A stretch of DNA of 64,000 nt, from positions 49,290,001 to 49,354,000 of the forward strand of contig NC_090337.1 of the NCBI RefSeq assembly GCF_035084215.1. Direction: 5' to 3'. This DNA is from Heptranchias perlo. Taxonomy: Eukaryota. The translations under genes and the position numbers were made by a program. The notes beneath the pieces were generated by a model. That model searched no databases and had not been told where the DNA came from. It was given only the letters and a program-made list of their open reading frames with translations. Below, piece by piece: positions 46,173 to 60,199 of this stretch (its first letter is position 1; each line of letters starts with the position of its first letter).

Positions 46173-49100
46173 AATTGAGCCATTTAGAGAATACCAACAT
46201 TAGAATTTTTGTGACAAAGTAATACCCTAAATTAAATAACATAAAATTTATATTGATTCCCACCAAATTCTCTTTGGATTGTTCCAAAGATGCTGCCAGG
46301 TTGAATCTCAATTCCTGTTTGCTTCTTGTGTTCGCTATTTAGTTCATATGAAAACTTGGGAAATAAAATGTAAGGTGCAAAAATTAAGGATTTTGTATTT
46401 TGCTTTTGATTTTGTTTTGTTGAATATTTTAAGGAACTGCCTTGGCTGCCAAGATTTTAAATATTTTGTAAGTGAAGCTTTACTTCAGAATGGGATAGGA
46501 GATTTATTTTCCACATTTTTGATTGAAAAACTGTCTAAAATTCCAAATCATATGCTTCTAATAAAATGATTAAATATTGAATTGAGCATTATATTGATAA
46601 AATAGCAGAACAGGGCAAAAGCATTGCACAGAAAATGTGAGAATTCATAATGAACAGTTTTAGGAATGACTGAGTCAATAATTCATGATTTAGAAGTGAG
46701 TATAAATTCTGCACCTGAAATTGGTAAGCTTGCAGTGTTTAAGCAAGTCTTACTTCACCAGTGTCTTCTCTTTCTGATTGCATGTACAGTAAATGGCCTT
46801 GAAACCTTTTTTTGCTCTATTACAGACACGATTTTTGTTCTGTTAAAATGCTACTTGGTTCATGAGAGAATCAGGTCTATTGTTTTGCAATGTTACATGT
46901 TCAGACTTCAGATTAGGTAGAACTATAATCACAGTGGAATTTGATCAAAGCAGAAATATCTCTCTGGAGAGTATCAGTAAGGCAGAGATAGGGGACCTTT
47001 CCCATAACTATAATTAATGTCTCTTTATCTTCTTGATATTTTATGTTCTTGAGCTGGGGAGAAATTGTTCTTTTCCATAATACCGTTCAAATTGTTCAAT
47101 TTTTAAAAAATCAAATTTCCTGCATTGAAGCAGACTGTCCTTTTGAATTCCTAGTGTTCAGAAATTTGCATAACAATGTATCCAAAAACAGTAAGTGCCT
47201 CTAAGTATGTGTTTGTGAAATATGTTGCAATGTTAGCTCATTTTGAAATATTGAGACGTGAAGTGGATAACTCCAACATTCTCCTCTGATACCCAAACAA
47301 ACAGATCAACATGAAGGAAATTGCAATTGGGTTTGCCTGATATTGTTGGTTGTTTGAAGTCATTTCCCACAAGCTATTATGGAATCATCGAGATAGCTCA
47401 CCGGTTGAATGCACATGAAATTAGCCACTGAAAGCTACAGATCAGGAAGGTCCCAAGTTCGATCCTTGGACTTATGGCATCCACGGTCAATCTGGATGTG
47501 ATGACTGACTGACTAAATGTCATTAGGATGACAATATGTTGTTATTATGTTGCCTTGTATGTTAGCTTCTCATTTCAAGTTTCTGATGTATTGTTAATAC
47601 ATCAAGCGTGTGATATTGCTCTTTGACATAGCAGTAATTGCAGAAACTGCATTCATTTCGATGCCATAAAGCATTTTCAAATAGGTACCAAATACAGCAT
47701 TTCAAAGGTCCTCTAGTGCTTGGTGATTTATCCTCAGAATGAAACCTGCCAGATTTAGTTAATGGGTCTTTCTGACAAGCCATCCACCTTCTGAAGAAAC
47801 GTCTTCTTGGACAGTTTCTAAATACCATGTTTTATGAGTGAATTAGAGAATTATAGCAGTACATAGTAGCAGCTTATTTAACATGGGAGGACAGAGGAAT
47901 AAGGTCACTTTATAAAAGAGTTGTAAGTAATGCGTCAGGTCACCAATGGTTATCTCGGCCCCCATGCAAATATATATAAAATAAATATAGATTACAAGAT
48001 TTCACAGACTTGGAGTTCATAATTGTTTGAAACCTGTGTTTGGTGTGTGACCCCAATTTGCAGCTAATCTTGTATCTCATCAGAATGAGACTTTACTAAT
48101 TTGTGCCATAGCCCTTTGTCTTCTTTATATTTAAATATGTCAAGGAAGGTCAGCCTTCTTGAACTTAATTGGCTTTTGATGGATGAACACGAGTTAATAT
48201 TTACTTCTGTCGAAGAAAATGGCCCCAGCACCTGATGTGAACAGGGGGTAAAGAGGGGGTTAAAATATTGGCAGCGTGCAACTCACTAGATTCACGCTGC
48301 ATAAGCGCCCGACACTACTTTAACTGGTGCGTTTCGGGCAGTATGTGAGGCCCTTGCCAAGGCTGGCGAGGGCCTCGTTCAGATTCAAAGGTTAGGGTCT
48401 GATGTTATTTTAACTTGGTGTTGTGAGGTTGTGCCTGGTGCCGGCACCATCGGGTAAACCTGGCGCCAAGGAGTAGAAGACCCAGGAGTAGGCCGAGAAG
48501 GTCAATTAATTAATTTAACATTTTATGTTTTCATGTGGGCCAGGATGAGCAGGAGTGTTCCTCTGGGCTCCATAAGGAGTCCTTGGGCCTCCCCTCCCCT
48601 GACCAAGTTCAAATCGGGTCTTCTGTATCTAAGGCTTAATAGGCATTCCTTTTTTAATGTATAGATGACGTGAATATCCTTGTACTATTAAAAAAAACAC
48701 TTCGCACTAATAAGCTTTCTTACCATGTGATTGTCAGTGATGCAAAGGAACAACAGAAATAAAATAACATTAGTGGAGTAACTTGCATTTGTAACTTTAC
48801 CACTGCACCATATTGTCTTTTGGAGACTGGTTCTGATCAGGAGCCAAAACAGTGTCAGATGTTTCCTGTTGCCAGTGTTATGTCCATAAACACTCAAGTT
48901 GGTGTGGTACTGTATTGGGTACTTTTGTTTCCGATTCTCTGGAACATTCCCTTTAGATATAACAAAAAGTATAAGAGAAGACTCTGGAGTGTAACTGTTA
49001 CAATATGCTTATTTCTATCAGGGGATTCTCCAGTGATCAATTGCCAATATAAAAGTATAATACATATAAGTCAGGGCACAGTTTCAGCACAGAACCTGAG

Positions 49101-49389
49101 GATCTGCTTGACACTGATCTAGGAAGAGCATCCTTTTCTTTGCAATGTTGGATTTCTCATTTCCACCAACCCCCCTCCCCCCAAATGGCTTGTACTGCTC
49201 CAATGTTCTTTCCACCAACCCTGGTAAAGCAACAGCTTGCGTGTTTCTTTAACCCCTGCACAAGTCCTCTTGTTGGTAGGATAAATGCCCTGCCTGCAAA
49301 ACGGCTGCTGATGTCCTTAATTTGTGGGAGCCAGATTGTTATCAGAATGATGAAACACGGTTACAGAGCAGAAGGTGGAAACCTGATTG

Positions 49390-49790
49390 AGCTAACTCTG
49401 CCTGATGGCTCCACTACTAAATGCACCCTCCATTGTGGTACTGAAACATATAGGACCATGGTTTGATCTCTTCTGCTGCGTTTACTTAATTCAGCTGTGC
49501 TATGAGGAGGGGGTGCTAAAATTGGCCTCAGCACCCCTGGGCTAGGAAGGGGTTTAAAAAAAATGAGTCTGGCTTCCTGCCCCGAATTGCTATCCAGTGA
49601 CTCCTATCTGAAGTATGTGTGTGTGTGTGTGAATGTTAGGTGCTCAGTTTTGGCAGCAAGCATACTAAAATTGGAGGCATGCATGGGTGTCAGTTGAGGA
49701 CAGGATCGGGCTAATCTGTGATAAAATAGTCTGCCAAAATCACTGTTTGGGCTCATGGATGAAAGTTGGCCATTTGTTTGAAGTAGTGGC
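49390..49790 (+). mobile_element. AmnSINE2-like SINE
   Basis: gggtgctaaaattggcctcagcacccctgggctagg, tgctatccagtgac and gacaggatcgggct motifs. Confidence 0.6.
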
Positions 49791-50644
49791 GGGTGCTTGG
49801 GGCTGTACTCCACCCTGATTCACTGCCTTCAACAATGGGGATACAGTGTTGAAAATGAAAAACCCAACATTGGAATGAAAATGATGCTCTTCCTGGATCA
49901 GGGTCAAGCATTGTGCCTGAAGTATTTGACATAAGTGAATGTTGTTACCTTTCCCTGCCAATGGATTTATCAAGAAATAAACTCTAAACTACATATTATA
50001 AGGGTTACTAGAAAATTGGGAATGTTTGTTGTATTGATGAATTTATATAGCAATTGATAAAAGTATCAGTTTTATTATAATCTTCAAGTCTTCATTTTGC
50101 ATGTAAGAAATAAATGTTAGTGAAAAGGTTGACATGAGTAGAAAATGGGATTTTCCTGACTCATTCAGTAAAATTATCAACGGGAAAAATTTCATACCAC
50201 ATGAGTAGTAACATTGTAGGAATTGGAATAGGCAACTCAGCCTACATCCATCTCTCGTGCTGATTCTTCAATTGTATATGCAGTGCAAGGTGCAACTCGT
50301 TGCATATGTGTTGAAGTAGCTAACCTAAAATTGCATTTACCTTGCAGTTCCTTAACCTGTCATGTCAACTAATCTTTGCTTATGTATTATTTTATTTGTT
50401 GGACTTCCTCTCTCACTGCATTTCCAGAATACGATAATTTAAAATTGTCGCTTCTTTTAGACACTGTATTAAAACTCCAACCTGTTCAAAAAAGTAGGTG
50501 CGTTAAAATAGAAGCCAGTGTGATTTTCTCATGTCTCTGGCTGTTAAATATGGTGTCGGAAACTGAACTGAACTGTGCTAGTGTGGAAATGCTAATGTTA
50601 CCATAGTGCAGTTGGGGGTACTCTACTGAGTAAATTTTGGGGCC

Positions 50645-53089
50645 TGATGGGGTCTGATCATAATATAATTAGGTTTAATCTTATTGGTCAATACAAGGCT
50701 GCAGACAATCTAATGCTGGTCCCAGATTTTAAGAGGGCTAACTTTACAAAAATGGCTGCAAATCTGGCAGAAGTTGACTGGGCAATCCTACTCGATAGTC
50801 AATCAAGTACTGAGGACAAATGGGTTCTATTCAAAATCATTCTCAAACAGAATGAAGCCATATATGTCCCAATGGTTAAAAGAAGGGTACATGGTAGAAC
50901 AAAACCATTATGGTTTATGAGGACTGTACAGAGGCAAATTCGATTGAAACAGAAGGTATTCTATACACTTAAGGCATTTAACTCACAGGAGAACAGAGAA
51001 AAGTATCACATGCAATTAAGGAAGACAAAAACACCCATAAGATTAACCAAGAAGATGGTGTGTAATTGTGGCAGTAATAGCAAAAGCTTTGTTAGCTATG
51101 TCAGTGGTCAGAAGATCATAAAGGACCACGTAGGGCCATTAAAGGATACTGTAGGGTAGATTCAAACTTATTCTCAGGTTTTGGCAAAGTTGCTAAATGA
51201 CTATTTTGCATCAGTCTATACTCCTGTAGATGAAGCTTATGTTCCAGATTAGGGGTGCTTAGTATTAATTAGCATTATTAATATTAGAATAGATAATAAC
51301 GTCATCTTGGATAGATTAGGAAAGCTTGAAATTGATAGGGTCCCAGGTCTGAACAATATCCATTCAAGGGTGATTAAAGAAATGGGACAGATGCTCTGTG
51401 AGCCCCTTGCCCGTATCTTCAATAGTTCAGTAGAGTCAGGGATAGTTCCCTTAGACTGGAAGCTACCTCATGTAGTTCCTATTTTCAAAAAAGGGGACAA
51501 ATCAGAGCTGGGGACATACAGGCCTATCAGCCTGACATCCATTATCGGGAAGATGTTAGAAGGGATCGTAAGAGATGCCCTTAATGGTCACTGGGAAAAG
51601 GAAGGATCCATTTGAAATTCACAACATGGCTTCTGAAAAAAATAGGTCGTGCCTAACAAATTTGATAGAATTTTTTGAGGTAGTCACTATGGTGGTGGAT
51701 GAGGGTAATCCGGTAGACATTGTCTACCTTCGCTTTCAGAAAGCCTTTGATAAGGTACCTCACATTAGGTTACTTCACAAGATAGAATCTTGTAGTATCA
51801 GTAGAAATTTGAAAAGCTGGATTAGGACTTGGCTCCAATCCCGCAGCCAAAAAGTTGTAGTTACTGGATATGGTTCAGCTTGGAGACCTGTTACTAGTGG
51901 TGTCCCCCAGGGATCAGTTCTAGGCCTGCTACTCTTCACAGTCTTTATTAATGACCTGCTCTGTGGTGTTGGGAGTATGGCAAGTATATTTGGAGATAAC
52001 ACCAAAATCTGTGCAAGGGTTAAGATGGTAGAGGAGTGCACTCAAATCCAAAAGACTTAGATGTGTTGGGGGAGTAGGCCACACATTGCGTTTAATTTAG
52101 ATAAATGAAGTGTCATGCATGTTGGTAGGGCCAACACAGAATACATGTATCATTTGCAGGGAACAATACTGAAAGAGGTTGATAGAGAAGAAAAAATTGG
52201 TGGTGTTGTGCACAGATCACTAAAGGTTCATGACCAATGTAGAGAAACCGTAGCTAAAGCTAACAATATATTGGGTTGTATTAATAGAACCATTTTGACA
52301 CTATACAGGTCACTGGTCAGATTACATCTAAGGTACTGTGCCCAGTTTTGATCCCCCCACATGGTGGGTGTTATAGTGGTCTTGGAAAAGGTCCAGAGGA
52401 GAGCTACAAGAATGATTCCTAACTTAAAGAACCTCAGCTACTCAGATGGGCTCAAGGACCTTGGTCTGTTTACTTAAGAGCAGTGTAGTCTTAGAGGTGA
52501 CCTGATAGAGGTCTACAAAATAATTAAAGGGCTGGATATTATCTCTTTTGATAGATTATTCCAGTTTAACAGATTGGGGAGGACCAGGGAACACGAGTTT
52601 AAACTATGGAAGAGTAGGAATAGACTGGATGTTGGGCGGTTCTTCTTTTCCCAGAGAACTGTGAGCCTCTGGAATACATTGCCGGCTGGTGTGGTGGGTG
52701 CTGACTCTCTGCATGCCTTCAAGAGGGAGCTGGACTGGTTTCTGACTAGAGAGATTGCATCCTATAGAAGGTAAGTGTCTTTATGGATAACACTTGGTCC
52801 ATGTGATCTCCTGAAATGGTTTCGATCTTCTGAGGGAGTCAGAGGGGAATTTTACAGAGTATTTTTCCCTTACTGGCCTTGGGGTTTTTCTGGGGTTTTT
52901 TGCCTCTCCCAGGAGATCACATGGCTGCGGGGGTAGGTGTGAAGGTGGGGTGGAGGGGGAGGGGTGGGGATGGGGGAAGGTCAGGGAAGCGAACAAATAT
53001 TTAGCTAAGATGGTCCGCTATCATGGTGTGGGGCAGGCTTGATGGACCAGCTGTTTCTTTCCTGCCCATCAATTTCGTATATTCATATG
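50645..53089 (+). mobile_element. Long degraded CR1 LINE (endonuclease end through RT to 3' UTR)
   Basis: ORFs 50647-51159 (GSDHN, end of APE), 51307-51615, 51575-52060, 52115-52351 and 52574-52774 are colinear. Confidence 0.9.
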
Positions 53090-53714
53090 AAGCTTTCATT
53101 TGTATCTAGTTTGTGCTGTATTGACCCTGTTACTGTTTGATGCTTGCTGATACTGGGTACCAAAAATGGAATGATGTTTCTATTGCCTAGCACTGATATC
53201 GCTCACCTTGATGAGCACAAAAAAATCTACTTTTGTAGTTATTGAAAATTCAATTTGAACACAGCAGTGTAATTTCATATAGCCCCATAAATAAATATGG
53301 CACTTCATTTCTATGGGATTGTTCTATTCTTTGACTCCATTTACATTTAATACCCTGAAAGTTATGACAACACTAATATGTAAAGGAGAATGGTGGGGTT
53401 GTTGATTTGTTTTTAAAATTCGGTATCCCAGGAGAATGCATATTCTCCATGTAATTGTATTTAGTTCATCGTTGCATAGTGTCTTTTTTTCTGCAAAACC
53501 ATTTTTTTCATCCTTTGAAATGATGAATAACTTTACTGGTGACATGGCTGTAGAACTGAACAAACCAGCTGTCATTTTTATTAAGCTTACTGTTATGTTA
53601 AAAGCAATGTGCAAATTGAGCAGAAAAGCATCAGAGTCTTTCTTGGGTTCCCAGTACAATTTGCTTGTACCTAAAGTACGTGTTGGCCAGTTTACCTGCT
53701 TCAATATATTAGAT

Positions 53715-54070
53715 GGTGGCTCAGAATGTTTATCGAGTGAGTGGCTGAGCAACAAACACAAAGAAAGTCCTAGGTTCGATCCCTGGTTGGTGCAACATGA
53801 GCTGATCTCAGTCAAAGTCAAGTTAAGGTGCTATAGTTTGCTTCAGCATTAGGGAGTGGATAATTACCTAGGGCCCTCAACTGAAACTGCTTGTGTGTGA
53901 GTATCAGGTGAGAATAGGAACAGGCTCAGGCTCAGGCTCAGCTGTGTTGCTTCTCTGGTTGAATAGCCTGCCAATGTATGCATCGTGATCACTTGGGACC
54001 AGGTACTAGAGAACAACTGGAGAACTGTACTGCAGCAATGAGTTAATGCCTTCAGAAAAGTTGAGGAGGG
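53715..54070 (+). mobile_element. AmnSINE2-like SINE
   Basis: B-box ggttcgatccc, gagctgatctcag, ggttgaatagcctgcc and gccttcagaaaag. Confidence 0.65.
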
Positions 54071-54244
54071 AGGGGAGAGGAGAAAATAGAAAATTAGTGG
54101 AGAAATGAAGGTGCGAAAAAATAACTTGTCAGTATGGAATTGAATTTGACCAGACTAGAATGAAGTTGAGGCGCCAAATAAAAACTTAGTATGCAAAACT
54201 CATTTAGCTCTTCCCCGCTCCACCAATGTTCTCTTTTTCACCCC

Positions 54245-54610
54245 TGAAGATGACTCTTGTTGGCATATGGTTCAATGGGCACTGCACCTTATCCAAATGG
54301 CCATTTTTCATGCTTGAGTCTAGGCAATAAGTGTTGGTAAGGTACTTGACCAAGGACAACATTACAGCAGATCCAACTCCTGCCCCTACCTGAAGTCTTC
54401 ACATGTACACTTTCCAGAAAGGGACACTGGATCCCAAACAGGAGTGGAAGCACTCCTAACCTGGGATCGCTCGGGTCAATTATTATGCCCCAATGGTCCT
54501 GGTTGAAATCAGCTAATTTAGCATTGGATGGGAATCAAACTTGAGACTTTCCTGGCCTGCATTGCTCAGTAACACACGAGGTTAAGGATTTATCCATTAA
54601 GCCGCAAGAA
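54245..54610 (-). mobile_element. AmnSINE2-like SINE (tail-to-tail with the previous copy)
   Basis: cctgaagatgactcttg, caaatggccatttttcatg, gaaatcagctaa and gggaatcaaac. Confidence 0.6.
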
Positions 54611-56509
54611 GACCCCACTGACTTATATCTTCAATATTGGAAAAACAAGTTTCTTCCTTTTTTGTGCTGGTCAAGGTTACAGCTACTACTGTTGGTGAAT
54701 GGAACACTTAAACACTTTTAATCATATTGTCAGCATCAAGTACTCCCTTGTCAGGTATAAATACAAAGTAAAGCTCTATCTACTTTGCTTCAACAACACG
54801 CCTCAAAAGAACAAATGTGACTGACTGCTCCAATGAGAATTTCTATTTCACACGACAGCCTTTTTTGAGCAAGACTGAAATAATGGGTAATTTTGTACTA
54901 TTGTGCCCTGTAGAATGTGGATTGACACAGCCCAAAGTCAATTTTATGATTATGAGAAACCAGAGAATTTATGCTTGATTCTGATTAGACTTTGTTGTAA
55001 CCCATTACACAACGTAGCCCACACAATAAATCAGTTTTACATTGAGTATTTTCAATCAATAGATATTAAGATTATAGCAACCTTATGAGAATGACCTTCT
55101 TTGGATTTTTTTTGTTCTATGTATTTATGCAATTTGCAGGTGAACTATGAAGCCAATGCAATATACAGGGTTATATGACTGATGCATCTTCTTATCTATC
55201 AATGGCACAAAATATTTTTTCTTTTTAGAAAACATTCATTATTGCCTCCCTTTGTAAAATATCCAGCTACCACTTAACTTCAGAGTTTCTAAAATTATGG
55301 GCTGCTGACATCCATAAAAGAAGAGGGGAGAAAGTAGTGGAAAAATGTTAATAAATTGAGGCAGATTGACGCAAGTTGTAGCACACACATTACTGCTGTA
55401 TTTAAGCTGTTAATTATAAATCTGCCAATACCTTAAAGGGTTATTGATGTAAACATTATTCATTTAGACTATAAATTTACACATCTCGAAATAAGATGTG
55501 ATTGAACGGTGTGTGCCAATGAAACTTTCGGCAGTTTCATTTAAACTGCTATTGTTTTTCACTTTAACACTCTGTCATATCTAATAGCCTGTGACCCTGG
55601 TGGTAACTATTGTAAGAGCTTTTTGCCATCGCTGGCCAAAGTAAAGGTATAGCTGACTCAGAACCTGAAAATGGAAGTTGTTAAATTTTTAAGAAGCGAC
55701 AAGACCTGTAATTGTATTTCCTGTGGGAAAGTCGGAGCTTGAGGCTGGAGCAGTAGGAAGACTAATAAATATTGAAGAAGTCCTGCACTGAGATTCCGGG
55801 ACTGAGCTTTGCAGTTTAGTCCATACTGGCAATCATTTAGGTGCATCATGTTGCACAAATGTTTGTAGCAATTTGAATGTTTTAATATATAGCCGTTTAA
55901 TCCCATTTTTCTTTTATTTCCCCTTGAGGGCTTTTCCTGTCACCATTCTCCTAATTTGTATGTGTGCGTGTGTTAGGAAGGGAGGTTGGAAAGGCATTTG
56001 GGTCCTTAAATTGAAGCATAGGGCCTCAAGAAGCACATACTTGTCTTTTAGTGAGGCCTGCAAGAATATCCATTTGCTGGCATTGAACAGCACTGCTGAG
56101 AAATGTTGCAGTGATATGCAAGATACCAAGCTGGCAATATCAGCTGATTTGCCAATTCTACATAAAACTGCTATTTTGCCCCAAGCATTGATTGCAATTC
56201 CACCTTTCAAAATCTTGCCAGTTGTGAGACTCTGACTGTCTGCCTCTTGTTGTCATCGTTTTTGTGATTGCAACCAACGTCAGCCATGATAACTTGCTTG
56301 TATAGATGAGATTCGTGAAGTGATGGAGCTGATGCCATTTAATTACATGACTGATAATGGAATAAGCTGCTTAATGCCATAGAAACTGAGAAATCAAATT
56401 ATATTTCTATAAATAACAGCAGCAGTGGAAATTTCACACAGTGTGCCGCAATGTTGGGTCATTTGTTAATGTAATTGCAATGAAATTAAACAAAATCATT
56501 TTGCATTGG

Positions 56510-57395
56510 TTCCAGGAAAATAGAATATGAGAGTAAACTAGCGAGGAACATAAAAACAGACTGCAAAAGCTTCTATAGGTATGTAAAAAGGAAAAGACTG
56601 GTGAAAGCAAATGTGGGTCCCTTACAGACAGAGACACGAGAATTTATAATGGGTAATAAGGAAATGACAGAGAAATTAAACAAATACTTTGTGTCTGTCT
56701 TTACGGAAGAAGACACAAAAGGCCTCCCAGAAATATTAGAGAACCAATGGCATGGTAAGAATGAGGAACTGAAAGAAATTAGTATTAGTAAAAAAAAATA
56801 GTACTAGAGAAATTAATGGGACTGAAAGTCGATAAATCCCAAGGACCTGATGATCTACATCCCAGGGTTTTGAAAGAGGTGGCTATAGAGATAGTGGATG
56901 CATTGGTTGTCATCTTCCAAAATTCTATAGATTCTGGAATGGTTCCTGCAGATTGGAAATTGCAAATGTAACCCCACTATTTAAGAAAGGAGGGAAAGAG
57001 AAAACAGGGAGCTACAGACCTGTTAGCCTGACATCAGTAGTAGGGAAAATGCTAGAATTTATTATAAAGGATGAGATAACAGGCCACTTAGAAAATAATA
57101 ATAGGATTTGGCAGAGGCAACATGGATTTATGAAAGGGAAATCATGTTTGACAAACCTATTGGAGTTCTTTGAGGATGTAACTAATGGAATAGATAAGGG
57201 GGAACCAGTGGATGTGGTGTATTTGGATTTTCAGAAGGCTTTTGATAAGGTCCCACACAGGAGGATGGTGAACAAAGTTAGAGCACATGGAATGGGGAGT
57301 AATATACCGGCATGGATTGAGAATTGGTTAATAGACAGAAAAGAGAGTAGGAATAAATGAGTCTTTTTCAGGTTGGCAGACTGTGACGAGTGGGG
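56510..57395 (+). mobile_element. CR1 ORF2 internal fragment
   Basis: ORFs 56601-56801 and 56953-57360 (YRPVSLTS, YLDFQKAFDKVPH). Confidence 0.85.
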
Positions 57396-58239
57396 AACAT
57401 CCAAGGAAGTCTGTTCCTCCACTGGAACTGGATTCTCATGCACTATTTTTCATGCTTGTCTACCATCATGTTGTGACAAAGATTTAATCTGCTGGACCTT
57501 TATACTGTAATATTCTACCTCTGACTTGATGAGACTTTTGCAGCAGTGTCTGAAAGCTGCATTGATTTTTTTTGAGCCTGAACTACAGTATAATCTATTA
57601 TTTAAAAATCTGTCTGAACCAACAGTCAGCCCAAACGGAGAATGTTAGTGTTCACAGAGGGGCTCTGCAGTGTCATATTAACTCTTTACTTTAAGTTCAC
57701 TCTCTAATTTGCGTTGTTAACCTACCATTTGGACTCTGTTGCTCAAAATGATGGATGATAATTGAGGAATGGAACATTTTGTTTTGCAACACTTATAGCT
57801 TCAGTTTCTCACGATGGATTTGCTGTCAATTACTCTACCTAAAAGAGATTAGGAAAGGCCATGTTACCTTTCTGTGATCTGGAGACATTAATGAAACTGT
57901 GTTGTAAGATTAAAGGGACACGGTTTTTGGCATTGCTGGATTAGACTTTTCTCCCTTGCTGTTCCATGGGTGGCAGCAGCCTCAAATATCTAGCCTAAGT
58001 GGCCATTCTTCATGTGTGGGTCAAGATGGTGAGTATCTGCCGCCTATTCAACCACAAAGGGTATAGCAGCCAAGCCCAGACCTATTTTCAACACATACAC
58101 AGTTCGCAGAAGGGATCATACAGTGGCAATTTGGGGATGAAATTTCTCCTGTTTATAATTGTAGAGAAAAAAGTCAGTGTGATTCCTAAACAAAATATCC
58201 CACTTTACACTGGCACTGACTTTATCACAAAAAACTATC

Positions 58240-59088
58240 ATAGAATAGAATCATAGAATCATAGAAGTTTACAACATGGAATCAGGCCCTTCAGCCCAAC
58301 ATGTCCATGTCGCCCAGTTTATACCACTAAGCTAGTCCCAATTGCCTGCACTTGGCCCATATCCCTCTATACCCATCTTACCCATGTAACTGTCCAAATG
58401 CTTTTTAAAAGACAAAATTGTACCCGCCTCTACTACTGCCTCTGGCAGCTCATTCCAGACACTCACCACCCTTTGAGTGAAAAAATTGCCTCTCTGGACC
58501 CTTTTGTATCTCTCCCCTCTCACCTTAAATCTATGCCCCCTCGTTATAGACTCCCCTACCTTTAGGAAAAGATTTTGACTATCTACCTTATCTATGCCCC
58601 TCATTATTTTATAGACTTCTATAAGATCACCCCTTAACCTCCTACACTCCAGGGAAAAAAGTCCCAGTCTGTCTAACCTCTCCCTATAAGTCAAACCATC
58701 AAGTCCCGGTAGCATCCTAGTAAATCTTTTCTGCACTCTTTCTAGTTTAATAATATCCTTTCTATAATAGGGTGACCAGAACTGTACACAGTATTCCAAG
58801 TGTGGCCTTACTAATGTCTTGTACAACTTCAACAAGACATCCCAACTCCTGTATTCAATGTTCTGACCAATGAAACCAAGCATGCCGAATGCCTTCTTCA
58901 CCACCCTATCCACCTGTGACTCCACTTTCAAGCAGCTATGAACCTGTACTCCGAGATCTCTTTGTTCTATAACTCTCCCCAACGCTCTACCATTAACGGA
59001 GTAGGTCCTGGCCCGATTCGATCTACCAAAATGCATCACCTCACATTAATCTAAATTAAACTCCATCTGCCATTCATCGGCCCACTGG
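58240..59088 (-). mobile_element. Young 5'-truncated CR1 with (tagaatca)n tail; open 235-codon C-terminal ORF 58332-59039
   Basis: [27 protein letters not shown] and FFTQRVVSVWN. Tail catagaatagaatcatagaatcatagaa. Inserted in an AmnSINE2-like copy (~57950-58150 and 59088-59285). Confidence 0.9.
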
Positions 59089-60199
59089 AGGAACAAGAGG
59101 AATTTCATCCTACTTGAAGTGGGAATCCTGGCTGATTTTAATTTCTTCCAACCGTGCCCCATGCCTAGGTCTTTTGAGGCTAATTCTTTTGGCTGCAATC
59201 AACTGGTTCAGCAAAGACCAGAAATCGAACCTGGATGTATATGACTCAGTACTGCACCAAGAAGTTAACCAAATGAAGCATCAGGCTAGATCCTTTTTCA
59301 CCCCCAGTAGTGAAAAAGATTGCAAGGATGTTGCTTCAATGACTTCTCTGTTTGAAATGCTATCATTAAACAGGACCTTAGCTAACCGGATGATTTATTT
59401 GTTGGCACAATTTTCATATCTGCATGTGGTAATTTCAAGTATTAGCTCGCTAATGTGAACTGTGTAAATCGGAGAAAAATATATTTCAGAAATCTGAAAT
59501 GATTAGCATGAATGCAGGTTAATTTTTAAAAATATAACTAATTAACTTCATATTTGAACAATTTATTAAAGTCCTACAGGAAGATGAGAATATAGGAACA
59601 AAAAAGAGCCATTCAGCCCGTCTAGCTTGACCTGTTGTTTAGGTCTACTTTCAGAACATACTCAGTCTATTCCATTTCCTTCCTGTCTTCATAATATTTT
59701 TGTAATGTGTTTATTATCCAGTGGGAGATGTGGAGAGGGAAATCTGTTAAAAGCTGTTGCCACTGGGAGATGGTCTCCTTAAACATAATGACCTCCAGGC
59801 AAGGTTTGGCAACATGGTTTTAGAGCCCTAAAGCCAATCCTGGATAGAGATTTGCAGGAGAGGAATTTGAGGAAGCTGTGCGCATATTACGTAGACCAAG
59901 CCTTTAGTTGCATTGAGACGGCAGTGAACCCTGCAGCAGCGGCTACGTCTTCCACCCCGAGCAGTCTACAAATTAAATGCAAAAATGCTGATTATTGACA
60001 TCAAGAACAAAGAAAAATAAAAGTGTAAGAACTTTGATACTTTCATCATTCGTCTATTTTGGCACTCAAACATTAATGTGCCCAGTCAATTAATTATACT
60101 CCATTGAGAAGCTCTAACAAGAAAGAGCCGGCAGAGTTTCTGTGGTGTGGAGCTTAACATTGTGAAACTGGAGGCGAATAATTTTCAACAATCCTACAT

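Noticed and set aside
53324-53852. Overlapping 165-aa and 138-aa ORFs
   Set aside because: No recognisable domain or splice signals, and partly within a SINE; likely chance.
55130-55152. Possible next CLSTN2 exon (ttgcag|GTGAA, G-E start)
   Set aside because: The frame reads G-E-L-stop rather than the expected GEIC... continuation.
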